From: Mobula birostris
Taxonomy: Eukaryota
Assembly: GCF_030028105.1 (NCBI RefSeq)
Contig: NC_092374.1
Coordinates: forward strand, 39,751,016-39,815,015
Reading direction: 5' to 3'
Length of the DNA: 64,000 nt
Shown: piece after piece, positions 37,510 through 48,669 of the stretch
How the letters are laid out: each line of letters starts with the position of its first letter
Numbering within the stretch: position 1 is the stretch's first letter
Position numbers and translations under genes: made by a program
Notes under the pieces: model-generated
Databases searched by the model: none
Told to the model about the DNA's origin: nothing
Seen by the model: the letters and a program-made list of their open reading frames with translations, nothing else

Positions 37510-37700
37510 ACAAGAGAAAATCAGCAGATGCTGGAAATCCAAGCAGCACACACAAAATGCTGGAGGAACCCATCAGGCCAGGCAGAGTCTGTGGGAAAGA
37601 GTCAACAGCTGACGTTTCGGGCGATCGGACCTGATGAGGGGTCTCCTTTCCATAGACGCTGCCTGGCCTGCTGAGTTCCTGCCGAGCGTTTTGCGTGTAT
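37510..37700. mobile_element. Short Penelope-derived inverted pair immediately upstream of ANKRA2 exon 1
   Basis: A minus pLTR end (gcagatgctggaaatcc...gacgtttcggg) joined to a plus pLTR end (ctgatgaggggtctc...gctgcctggcctgctgagttcc). Confidence 0.75.
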
Positions 37701-37769
37701 CACTGCGATACGATGATGCATCTCGGAGAAAGTCACGAATTATACCATCTCCTGAAGCTTCATTCACTC

Positions 37770-37940
37770 GGGGACGGTACAGCGTTACAAGTCCGGATCG
37801 CAGCCGGCGCCGATTTTGAACAAACTTTATCGGCAGCAGCAGCAGCAGCAGCGACGGCACTGGGGATTATGGGAAGGCGACGAGAGGGCGTCCTGATGGC
37901 GGCAGCTTCACTAGGGAGCCGCAAAATGCTCTCCTGAATG
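37770..37940 (+). other. ANKRA2: Putative ANKRA2 non-coding exon 1, containing (CAG)6 and uORFs
   Basis: CpG-rich; donor ATG|GTAAGC at 37940/37941; the start is approximate. Confidence 0.7.
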
Positions 37941-38639
37941 GTAAGCGGTGCGGATAAGCGACTAGGGAGATGGCATTCGAAGCTCTTCAATCGCTGGAGG
38001 TACCCAACGCCCGAGTAGCGAGACAATAAAAAACAAACGAAGCGTCCCTCCTGCCTGTTAATCTCACAGTCGCTCAGTCTCACAGTTTCCGATGAAAGAG
38101 AGCCCGTAAACTCTATAGCCCTCGCTTAATGTTAAGATTTAAATGCTCGTAAGGATATTGTCAAAACCCAAATATTTAAAGTGTTGTTCTTGGCGAATGA
38201 GCAATGAGCCCCGATGGAATGGGAAAATAAATGTTTCATTGTGACTTTCTCGCTCCAGTCTATTAAATTTACCGAACAGCAAAAAAAAAATTGACAGATA
38301 GGAAGTAAATGTAGAAAGAGAACCAGAATCAATGATTGTCAAAATTCATCCTTCAGAATTGGTGAAGTGAGAAAAACTACTATCGTTTAAGCCCGGTGGG
38401 AGGGAGAATAAAAAAATGCGTGTGATCTGATGAAGGGCAAAACAATCGAGATGACACATGATTTCATTGTTCAGCTTAGCTTGCCAACCTGGGAAATTAT
38501 AAACAGAGGGAAATGAATAAGGGTAATAGGGGGAAGTGCTGGAGCAATAAGTTGCTGAATGAGGCATGAAATCAAAGAGAATGATGGAAATACTCATCAG
38601 ACACACCTTTGAAAACAGAAAAGCTAAATGAATGTTGCA

Positions 38640-39135
38640 TGTGCAACACAGAAAATGCTGGAGGAACTCAGTACATTAGGCAGCATCTGTGCCAATGAAT
38701 AAACTGCCAACATTTCGGCCGAGACCCTTCTTGAGGACTGGAAAGGAAGGGGGAGGGGAAGGAGGACAAGCTAGGAGGTGATAGATGAAGCCAGTGAGTG
38801 GGAAAGGTAAAGGGCTGGAGAAGAAGGAATTTCATAGGAGAGGAGAGTGGACTATGGGAGAAGGGGGGGCACTAAGGGGAGGTGATAGGCAGGTGAGGAA
38901 CAGAGGTAAGAGGCCAGAGTGGGATAGAAGAAGAGGGCAGGAGCAGGAAAGGAAATTACCGGAAGAAATTGATGTTCATGTTCATGCCATCAAGTTGGAG
39001 GCTACCTAAACAAAATACAAGGTGTTGCTCTTCCAACCTGAGAGTGACCTCATTGTTGCAAAAGAGGAGGCATGGACCAACATGTCAGAACAGGAATGGG
39101 GATAGGAATTGAAATGGTTAGTCTCTGGGAATCTG
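38640..39135 (-). mobile_element. Penelope 3' fragment in ANKRA2 intron 1
   Basis: Similar to 33465-33960; the reverse complement encodes RLEEQHLVFCLGSLQLDGMN; the hammerhead core is mutated. Confidence 0.8.
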
Positions 39136-39463
39136 AGATTTAGGTCATCTAATGTGATTTGAGAGAAAAGTGTTTTAAGAGGATCTGAGGAATAAGATTT
39201 TTTTTGCAGAGGGCAAATGATATCTGAAAGCATTTTAAGAAGGGACAGTCGGTTCAGATATTTAGACAGACTCTAAATAAGAATGTAGTCAAATGTGGTT
39301 AGTGTAGATGGGGTTAAAGGTGAGCACAGAGGCAGTGTGCATTAGGACCCATTTCTGTGTTGTACAACTCTATGATAACTTCTTTCTTCAATGTTCATTG
39401 ACCTGGTCTCATTTAATATTTTATCAACAGATGGAGTAGCAGATTTTACATAGTTGAATAAAA

Positions 39464-39752
39464 ATGGCTACAGTGGAGAACCTGGCTGCTGAGGCTGAAT
39501 CAACTGAAGGCGGAAACGAGAATAATTCTTCATTTGCCGAAATTCCATACATCAAGGTGGAGCCACATGCTGAAAATCTTGCAGAAGTGGCTCCTTCACA
39601 AAATGTTGCTATGGGAATGAAATTTGTTCTTCCCAATCGATTTGATATGAATGTTTGCTCTCGATTTGTGAAGTCTCTGAATGAGGAAGAAAGTAAGAAT
39701 ATTCAGGATCAGGTGAATTCTGACCTGGAAGTGGCCTCTGTATTATTTAAAG
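39464..39752 (+). CDS. ANKRA2: ANKRA2 first coding exon (exon starts at 39431)
   Basis: MATVENL...VAMGMKFVLPNRFDMNVCSRFVKSLNEEESKNIQDQVNSDLEVASVLFK, the ANKRA2-specific N-terminus; 289 nt; donor gtgggt. Confidence 0.97.
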
Positions 39753-40590
39753 GTGGGTAATAAGCAAATATTTTAGATTGACTCTACATTAGCACCCTTA
39801 ACTAAAAAAGTACTGGTTAGTGTTTAGGTTCTGAAAGTGTTCAGGGTTAATGAAACAATATACATGACTCCTTTCATATAATTGGCTGAAACAAAGAAAA
39901 TATCAAAACAAAGGGAGAAAATTATTGATTATGGTACCACTGATCTAAGGAGGCAATTCCAATGGGTTTTATAGCTTGGGAAATCATTCTTTTAAAAAAA
40001 GTACAAGTAGATTTAAAAACTTTGGATAATGTGTAACAGTAATCTCAGTTAATCTTGGAAAAACCATAACTCATATGAACTAATCACCTGTTGGCAGGAC
40101 TATGCATACATATCTGCAGAAGTGTATTTTGCACATCGTACAATGTACCACGCTTCTCATGTGTGTCTAAGAAGGAAGAGCTAACCAATGATAGCTCAAT
40201 CATTTTGAAGTCATAGTTCTCATTTGATATGCCAAGTTTTTATTGTATTGGTTCATTTTTCAGGATGAAGGTGTCACTGGCAAAGCCAACATTCATTGTC
40301 CATTCCCTGAAATCTCGGAAACTGGGTAAACTGTTCAGCTCATCACCACCTTCTCAAGGGCAACTAGGGATGGGCAATAAATGCTGACTTAGCTGGCGAT
40401 ACCCACATCCCGTAAACAAATAAATAAATATTTATCACCCTTTTCCCTTCCTGGACCAAGTTTCCATTCTGCAGCTCATGACTGACTTTAAAGTTAACAT
40501 TTGTCCAAAACATCAAATTTGTGAATAGCAGCATAAATTTTCATACAAGGATTTACATTTTCAGGTTTAAAATGCTTGTATTTTTTGCAG

Positions 40591-40743
40591 CTGAGTGCAA
40601 TATACAAACTTCTCCTGGAATTCAAGTAAGGCACGTCTACACACCATCGGTAACCAAGCATTTCTCACCCATTAAACAGTCAACAACCCTGACTAACAAA
40701 CATCGTGGAAATGAAATATCTGCAGCACCGTTACTCTTGCACT
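40591..40743 (+). CDS. ANKRA2: ANKRA2 coding exon 2 (AECNIQTSPGIQVRHVYTPSVTKHFSPIKQSTTLTNKHRGNEISAAPLLLH)
   Basis: 153 nt, ttgcag|...|gtaagt. Confidence 0.97.
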
Positions 40744-41208
40744 GTAAGTCTGATATTAATTTCATTTATTTGCACCAAAATTGCCTTTTACATACTGCGA
40801 TACATAGTATTTAATAATGAAGGTAAATTTTTGCATGAATGAATGAAATTGTTTAGCTAAAATAGATTAGTATCTTTTAAAAGAATGGGTAAAAACCTTT
40901 ATTCTTTTAAATTAATAAATCACATTTTTTCTTTTATACTTGTAATTGTCAGCTGACGATGTAGTTTTCCAGACTCCTATCTGTCATATTTGGCAGATAT
41001 GCATACCGTTAGCTCCACAGTGAAGTAAAGAAAATTTATAAAAGTAATTTGGTCCACTTTGGAGGAAAAGGAAGTAGTTTTGGCTGCTGGTGAGGCAAGA
41101 AATTCTGTCATCGTGGCTTCTCTTGGAAATTTGATTTTGAGAATAAACTGTGTCAAATAAATGCTTTTATTTTCTATTGTGTATCTAATTTTAAATATAT
41201 TGTTCTAG

Positions 41209-41274
41209 CTTTGTCTGTGCATCAGCTGGCAGCACAAGGGGAATTGCTTTATTTGGCAAGCCGTATAGAGCAAG
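41209..41274 (+). CDS. ANKRA2: ANKRA2 coding exon 3 (SLSVHQLAAQGELLYLASRIEQ)
   Basis: 66 nt, ttctag|...|gtgagt. Confidence 0.96.
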
Positions 41275-41627
41275 GTGAGTTCTTCACAACTTGACATGTT
41301 TTGTTGCATAAATCTGAGTTTTGTTGAACTCAGAGCATCATTTAGCACTAAAGTCAAGAGTGATTTAAGTTTGTTCAGGGTTATTAATCTGTGGAATCCT
41401 TTCCTTCTCACACTGCCTCAATCCCTACAGGGCGCTGGGCATTTAGTCATTGAGTATATTCACAACTGGAAATGATGGGCTTTTGAGATCAGCTGGGACA
41501 GTGGAGCTGAGATATAAGATCAGCCATCATCTTGTTAAATGGTAGAGCAGGCTCAAGGGATTTTCCACTCTTTCTATTTTTATGTCTGCAAAATGGAGTG
41601 AATACCTCTGTTTTATATAATTTCTAG

Positions 41628-41725
41628 ACAATCTTCTAAACATGCAAGATGAGCAAGGGTTTACTCCACTCATGTGGGCAGCAGCTCATGGACAAATTGC
41701 AGTGGTGGAGTTTCTACTACAGAAT
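41628..41725 (+). CDS. ANKRA2: ANKRA2 coding exon 4 ([33 protein letters not shown])
   Basis: 98 nt; ankyrin repeat; AG/GT borders. Confidence 0.96.
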
Positions 41726-43531
41726 GTAAGGACCTTATCTATGTTCTTTCTGTACTAACAGTATTTAATAACAGAAATATGTTACTGTTAGAATAGATCC
41801 AATAAAAGAAACAAGATAAATGTGAGAAAATGTTATAGCGTTCATACTCCTCTATGCAATTAGTAAAGTGTGTACAGTGGAGATTCCCTGTCCCTAAGGT
41901 TGATGGATACAATTTGTTGTAGAATTTGGAAAATGTTGGTTGCTTGGAGACCTCAAACTGTTGGTGTGCAGCCATCCCCACTGCACAATGGGTCATAATC
42001 TCAGTGTTTCTCACTGAAGCCCAGTAAGTGTAGTATATTAGTGCCAGTCTTCCAACGGGTCAAGCTGCCCACCTGCCCTACAACATTCATGTTTTGGGAA
42101 TTATTTTAATATATTTTTAGTTCTATCATCAACTGGAGGTACTGATTCAAGAACAATTTTATAGCTACCATCCTAGATAGGTGTTTAGTGTGTGAGCTTA
42201 AGCAACATTATAAGCAGTATTTCCCCCACCACCATCCCTCCCTCTATTTTTTTAAGAACCGAAGGAAGGGGAATACTCTTTCTTCACTGAGACTAATTAA
42301 ATCATGATTATATCTCTTGTAAGACTAATGTATTCAGCTGTGAATTTGGTATTCTCTATGAAATAATTATACTGCTTAGTATTTTCACCTCTGAGGGGTT
42401 TAGAAACCAGGTGGATTTTTGCTGCTATTTTTCTTTTACCCTTGATATTCATTTGGGCAGTGAAAAGGCCACGGATGTCATTCAACAAAATATACTGATG
42501 AATTGATGTGCAAAGAAGGTCTCATTTCTTTTTTCATCCTTTGGGATGTGAGTGCCTTTGGTAAGTTTTGAGCCACTGAGGATTATATGGTAAAGCAGTT
42601 CTTGCAGAACTATTAGAGAATAGAAATACAGTAATATTGGAATCGCACGCACCTGATAGGAGACAATGTTCACATAAGTTTTATGTCCTTGTCCATCTGG
42701 ATTGTAGAAGTACCAATTTTGGGAGGTGTTGCTGGAAAAAACATAGTAATCTGAACTCTAGTGGCATTGCCTTCCAGCAACCACATTGTCTCCCTTTGAA
42801 GCAGAAATAATTGCAGCCACTGGAGGAGCTTATCCCAATAGTCTCCCTCCAGCCTCACTAGGCTCTAATTCACTCCCATTATACTCAAGTCTTTTGATGC
42901 TACGTCTAATTAATTACTTAATTACAGGGTCAGCTATTCTTATTTCTCCACTAGAATTTTTTTAGTCCATGGTTAGGTCAAGTATGCAACGGAGCGTGAA
43001 ATTAAAATGGTGCAATTGGAATCGGGTTATCTGTGGGTATTTATGACGTGATAAGACTATAAGTAACTCCAAATGACAGGCTGATGTAACTGTGATTAGC
43101 ACGTTTGGATTTATCCTGCTTTTTGTTATTCAAGCTCATTGCTGAGCATTGCAACCACTGAAGAATAATTTAACTGGAGTTCAGCAAGGTGCAGAGCACA
43201 TGTATCTAATGCTAACTTCAGCAATTTGGGTCTGTTCTCCCAGCCTTCATTCTGTCCTGTGTACTCAATTTGATGTCTTTTTCCACATCCCCTCTTAAAG
43301 GATATCTTAGTTTTCCAACTACAGTATATTGAAACACAGACAGTTTAAAATTATGATTCATAAATATTTGATCGAAGAAATATTTAAATATTGTATAGAA
43401 TTTCATTTCTAACTAGGTTAGTTTCTCATTCTAAAATAAATGCTCATGTTCTTTTGTTACAAGGCATTATAAGTGCAGGTTTTTGCTTTGTTTGAAAAAT
43501 GAAACTGACACTACACATTTATGTTTGAAAG

Positions 43532-43657
43532 GGAGGTGATCCACATCTTTTAGCAAATGGAAGGGAGAGTGCACTTTCACTGGCCAGCAGTAAAGGCTAC
43601 TCAAACATTGTAAACATGCTGCTTGACTATGGGTGTAATGTAAATGAATATGACTGG
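43532..43657 (+). CDS. ANKRA2: ANKRA2 coding exon 5 (GGDPHLLANGRESALSLASSKGYSNIVNMLLDYGCNVNEYDW)
   Basis: 126 nt, aag|...|gtaagt; ankyrin repeat. Confidence 0.95.
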
Positions 43658-44399
43658 GTAAGTGCCATCAGTATTTTATTCGTCAATAGTTTTCTTCATG
43701 TAGAAATCAAATAATATTTTGAACAAAATTTGAGCAAATTAAGTGCAATGAAAAACCTTCAGCTTGGAGCAATTTGTCATTGAATTTACTGTAATTTGTT
43801 TCTCTCTATTTGCTCATTCAAACCATATGTTCTGATGACGTAATGGAGAAACTTAGAGGTAGCTTTTGAGCCAAAAGCCTGAGGTCAGTGAAATAATATC
43901 AACAAGGATAGTCATTTATGCGTATATCTCAGCAGTTTTTCATTTGAGATGTGAATGCTAGCTACATTTTCCCACTTTTCCAAGGTTAATACCTCTTAAG
44001 TATTTGTGGATTCAATGAGCGAGTGTGTGTAGTTGACAACAAATCCTTTGGCACTTGCATTCATCATACTGTAAATCTACAGCAATTTCTTCTTGAGTTA
44101 TCATCAAATGTAGCAATTGCTGACAGAAGTATCTTGCACCTCCACAGGATGTGCTGTTGCAATCTTTATAGACATCAAAATATTTAAGATATTGGAGCTG
44201 TAATTAATATTTCCCTCCGTGGAATTGCATTTCCTTCAAGTAGTATGAAAAACTCTGTCATCTGAAAAACTTTTCCAAATGTTTGTTACTTTTACCTCTA
44301 TATTAATCCAACAACATTTTCAAACACTCTGCCTTCTTTAAGAGTTAATTATCAGTGGTGGGAATTTTTCATTTTCTACCTTTGAAAATTTGGGAATCT

Positions 44400-45790
44400 G
44401 ATCACGGCTCTTGAACTCAATCCCATGGTTGATGAAGGCCAACACACCATATACCTTAACAACACTGTCAACCTGCACAGCAACTTTGTGTGTCCTACAG
44501 ACACGGACCCCAACATTTCCCAGATCCTGCACACTTCCAAGAGTCTTACCATTTATATTAAATTCTGTCTTCAAATTGGACCTTCCAAAATGATCCACTT
44601 CCCACTTACCTGGAAGTCTATCTGCCACTTCTCAGCCCAGTTCTGTATCATATTGATGTCCCACTGTAACCTCTGACAACCCTCCAGACTATGCACAACA
44701 CTACCAACATTTGTGTCATCAGCATACTTACTAACCTACCCTTCTACTTCATCCAGGTCATTTATAAAAATCCAGAAAGAGGAGGGGTCCCAGAACAGAT
44801 CCCTGCGGAACACCACTGGTCACTGACCTCCATGCAGAATACGAACCATCTACAACCACCCTTTACCTTCTGTGAGCAAGCCATTTCTGGATCCATAAAG
44901 CAAGGTCTCCTTGTATCCCATGCCTCCTTACTTTCTGAAGGAGCCTCGTATGGGGAACCTTATCAAATGCCTTATTGAAATCCGTATACACCACATCCAC
45001 TGCTCTACTTTCATCAATGTGTTTTGTTACATCCTCAAAGAATTCAATCAGGCTCATAAGGCACGACCTGCCCTTGACAAAGCCATGCTGACTTATCCCT
45101 AATCAGATGATGTCTCTCCAAATAACTCTCCAAAATGTTCCCTGGACATTTGCCACATTTCTGCCGTGCATTTCCCTGAGAACATCTGCTCCCAAGTTCC
45201 TGCCTGATAGCATCATATTTCCCCCATCCTAATTAAATGTTTTCCAAATTATCTGCTCCTGTCCTTCTCCAGCGCTATGGTGAAGGAGGTAGGGTTGTGG
45301 TCACTACCTCAAAAATGCTCTCCCACCAAGAGATCTGACACCTGACCAGGTTCATTTCCCAGAACCAGATCAAGTACAGCCTCTTCTCTAGTTGGCTTAT
45401 TTGCATATTGCATCAGGAAACCTTCCTGAATTCACCTAACAAACTCCACCCCATCTAAACCCCTTGCACTAAGGCGATGCCAATCAATATTAGGAAAGTT
45501 AAAATCTCCCATCACAACAACCCTATTATTATTGCATCATTCCAGTATTTGCCTCCTTGTCTATTCCTCGATATCCCTTTTACTATTGGGGGGTCTATAA
45601 AAAACACCTATTAGAGTTATTGCCCCTTTCCTGTTTCTGACTTCCACCCACACTGACTCAATTGACCGTCCCTCCATGACTTCCTCCTTTTCTGCAGCTG
45701 TGACACTATCCTTAATTAGCAATGCCACGCTCCCACCTCTTTTGCCTCCCTCTCTGTTCTGTTTGAAATATCTAAAGCTAGAAACTTGGA
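44400..45790 (-). mobile_element. Degenerate CR1 LINE fragments (endonuclease and RT)
   Basis: GGSVALLIKD, GVFYRPPNS, LIEFFEDVT...VYTDFNKAFDKVPH. Confidence 0.88.
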
Positions 45791-46344
45791 CCACAGTACT
45801 CATTATATTCTTTTGGCTCCTTACCTTGAGGTAAGTGCAAGAAGTGCAGGCGAGTTCTTTGATCTTCATTCCTCAAGCAATATTATTAGGGTCGTTTGGT
45901 CAATAGTACCATGCTGATTATGGGAGTCTGTTATTCTGATACTGCCAGCTACATTTCACACTTCAAGAAGTGATAAGATTTTAAATATTTAATTGTCTGG
46001 AAACAAAACATTGCGTAAATGCAAGTTTTTTTTCCTTACCAAGTTTATGCTTACTGAGTGCACTGTTTACCAAGCTATTTTGAGAGCAATTAAAGTTTGG
46101 CCATGTTATAAATGAGAACTAGGTAAACAGGTTGCTTTGCCCAGAAGACCTCTGAACTTGCAAGATTCTTGCAGCAACTTTATAGCATTATAGTCATGCT
46201 ACTCAAAGTAGCCATGGTGTTAATGTTGCACTTGTGAGAAATTATAAATCGATTACTCTGTTAAATGTATTAGGTTTCTTAAGTTTAAGTGCAATATTTA
46301 GTTCACTCATAGCTTAAAGAAACTGCTCTTTTTCTTGGTTGCAG

Positions 46345-46411
46345 AATGGGGGAACTCCTTTGCTTTATGCTGTGCACGGAAATCATGTAAAATGTGTGGA
46401 GATGCTGTTGG
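46345..46411 (+). CDS. ANKRA2: ANKRA2 coding exon 6 ([22 protein letters not shown])
   Basis: 67 nt, ttgcag|...|gtaagt. Confidence 0.96.
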
Positions 46412-46671
46412 GTAAGTCAGCCCAAAAATAAACTGATATCTAATTCTACAGCAGCAAACAATTGTACATGAGATTTTCAATGCATAGGTGTGAAAGGCAG
46501 GCATAACTTTTAAAACTACACATCGCTGCATGGTTTTCTTAAACATCGGGTCTAACTTTTTAATGGAGATTCAGGCAGCATTGTTGAGTTTACCTCAAAA
46601 TGTTTGGGTGGTGGTATGGTTTTAATTTCAGTTGGAGCTTTGTTCTTCTGATTTCTATTATTTCCTCTGTA

Positions 46672-47200
46672 CAGTACTCTGGAAAATTCTTAGGCACAGA
46701 TATATATAGCTTGGGTGCCTAAGAGTTTTGCACAGTACTGTAGTAATTTTGTATATTGCACTGTACTGCTGCCACAAAGAAAAAACAAAATTCATGACAT
46801 AGCTGAATGCTGATAAACCTGATTCTGATATGGGTCTCTGTTGTGGACTGAGAATGGGAAGGGGGTAGGAAGAGAAGAATCATGGTAGGGAGAGGGGAGA
46901 GAGCAGGAAGCACCAGGGAGATATTCTGTAATGAAAAATAAATAAATTGTTCAGAATCAGATTACTTGCCTGGTGTCTCAGGGCTGAGTGTGTCTGCACC
47001 CATGCCATGCCACTCTCTGCCCCTGGCACTCGTACTCTGCCACCTGTCTCACACCCCTTCCATGGCGCTCCACTCTCATCCTTTGCTCCTACCAGATTTA
47101 CAAACTTGCTCTTAGCTCCACGTTGATAAATACAGTATTTGTGCAAAAGTCTTAGGCACTATATATATATATATATATATAAAGATTTTGCATAGTATTG
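46672..47200. mobile_element. Composite Tc1-type MITE: two mini-palindromes (46672-46740 and 47133-47200) flanking a ~390-bp core
   Basis: TIR consensus cagtactgtgcaaaagtcttaggcac appears four times in alternating orientation (last copy partly deleted), with TA flanks and (TA)n spacers. Confidence 0.75.
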
Positions 47201-47758
47201 TATTTAATGTATCATGCAAATAAAATGTAGGTAACTGTTCGATTCATTGATGTTGGCGTATGATTGTGGTATCGCAGCTAAATTGTCAAACCAATAATTC
47301 AGATGTTTGTCGGGTAACTAACAAATGCCAGAGACCCAAGTTCAAACCTGATGTTAGAAGATGTAGAATTAAGATCCAGTTAATAATCTGCAACTTCCAA
47401 AATAATAACCACAAAATAATGACCACAAAACTATCGAATTGTTGCAAAAATTCAACCAGTTCATTGATGTACTTACTCCATCTGGCCTAAGTGTGAAGGC
47501 AGACCCAACTACATGATTGCCTCTTAAATATCCTCTGAAATGGTCAATGTGTCCTCTGAAATGATCAAATGAAGCCATTCTGTTTTACCAGAACTACTTG
47601 GATTGAAGTTCCTCAAGACAGTGATTTTTTTAACTCATTATGGATGTCCATTAATTGCTACCTATGCCAGTAACTCAAAGGTCTCAAAATAAAGTGAGGT
47701 TCATTTTGAAGTTCTTTTATTTATTGTTTGGTCTGACAAATTTTTACCCACTTTACAG

Positions 47759-47839
47759 AATATGGTGCTGATCCAACTGCTGAAACTGATTCAGGATTTA
47801 ATGCTATGGATATGGCGGTAGGGCTGGGTTTCAAAAATG
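47759..47839 (+). CDS. ANKRA2: ANKRA2 coding exon 7 (EYGADPTAETDSGFNAMDMAVGLGFKN)
   Basis: 81 nt, ttacag|...|gtaatt. Confidence 0.95.
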
Positions 47840-48669
47840 GTAATTATTAAACTTAATTTTGTTTTGCAATTATCTTATTTGATTAAGTACAGTTTATTTA
47901 AAAATGTTAATCAGCAATAACTAAAATACATCCCTCATTTATCATTTCAAGTAAAATTTTTAAGATGCATTTTTTATCTTAACAAAAAAAATTACTGATT
48001 GAAATTGTTTGAAATGAATTTCCTGTTGTGCTGTATAATTTTATTCCTCTTTTCATCCATGTGGCTTGACACTTGTATGTTCAGTGAGACTGCAAGTAGA
48101 TCAAAGTGATTTCCTCTCCACCACCTTCACAATTTCATCAGCTTGCTATAGAAACACTAAAACTGTATTTGACACCATGCAACTCAACTAGAGATCCCAG
48201 TTTCAGAAACATTCACATAAAACAAATAACTTTTTCAGTTGTTCGTCAGCCAACATTATACCTATGTTATTTATGAATATCTTGCAGGTAAGATAATATC
48301 TTGTATGTTTAAGTTTTAAATATGCCTGTGTTCATTTAGCTGTTTTAATGTATGCTCAGTCTTTGATATTGCACTGAAATAAACAGTTCTGTCAGTAGTC
48401 AGGGCCCAGTGTTTGGTTTAAATCAAGCTTTTAATGAGGCACACCAAGAGGATTTCAAAAATTGCTTTAATAAAATTAGGTTGATTATTATTGTCACATG
48501 CCAAGATGCAGTGAAAAGACTATCTAGCAAACCATCCATACAGATCAAATCATTACATGGTGCATCGAGGCAAAACATTGTAAACCAGCTGAAGTGTAAA
48601 AGCTACAGATAAACTGCAGTGCAGGTAAACAATAAATTGCAAGATCATAATAATAATAATAAGTACTTT

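Larger units (their letters stand above)
36700..37900. promoter_or_regulatory. UTP15/ANKRA2 bidirectional promoter region
   Basis: Divergent first exons ~1 kb apart with retained CpGs. ETS-CRE composite GCGTCACTTCCG at 36748-36759, ETS-like CCGGAA near 36824, YY1-like GATGGCGGC at ~37895. The same head-to-head pair exists in human. Confidence 0.75.

Noticed and set aside
37695-38083. Overlapping 80-aa and 107-aa poly-Ala ORFs at the promoter
   Set aside because: They arise from GC-rich sequence and the CAG repeat, and the plus-strand one starts in TE-derived DNA; only the short uORF part is plausible.
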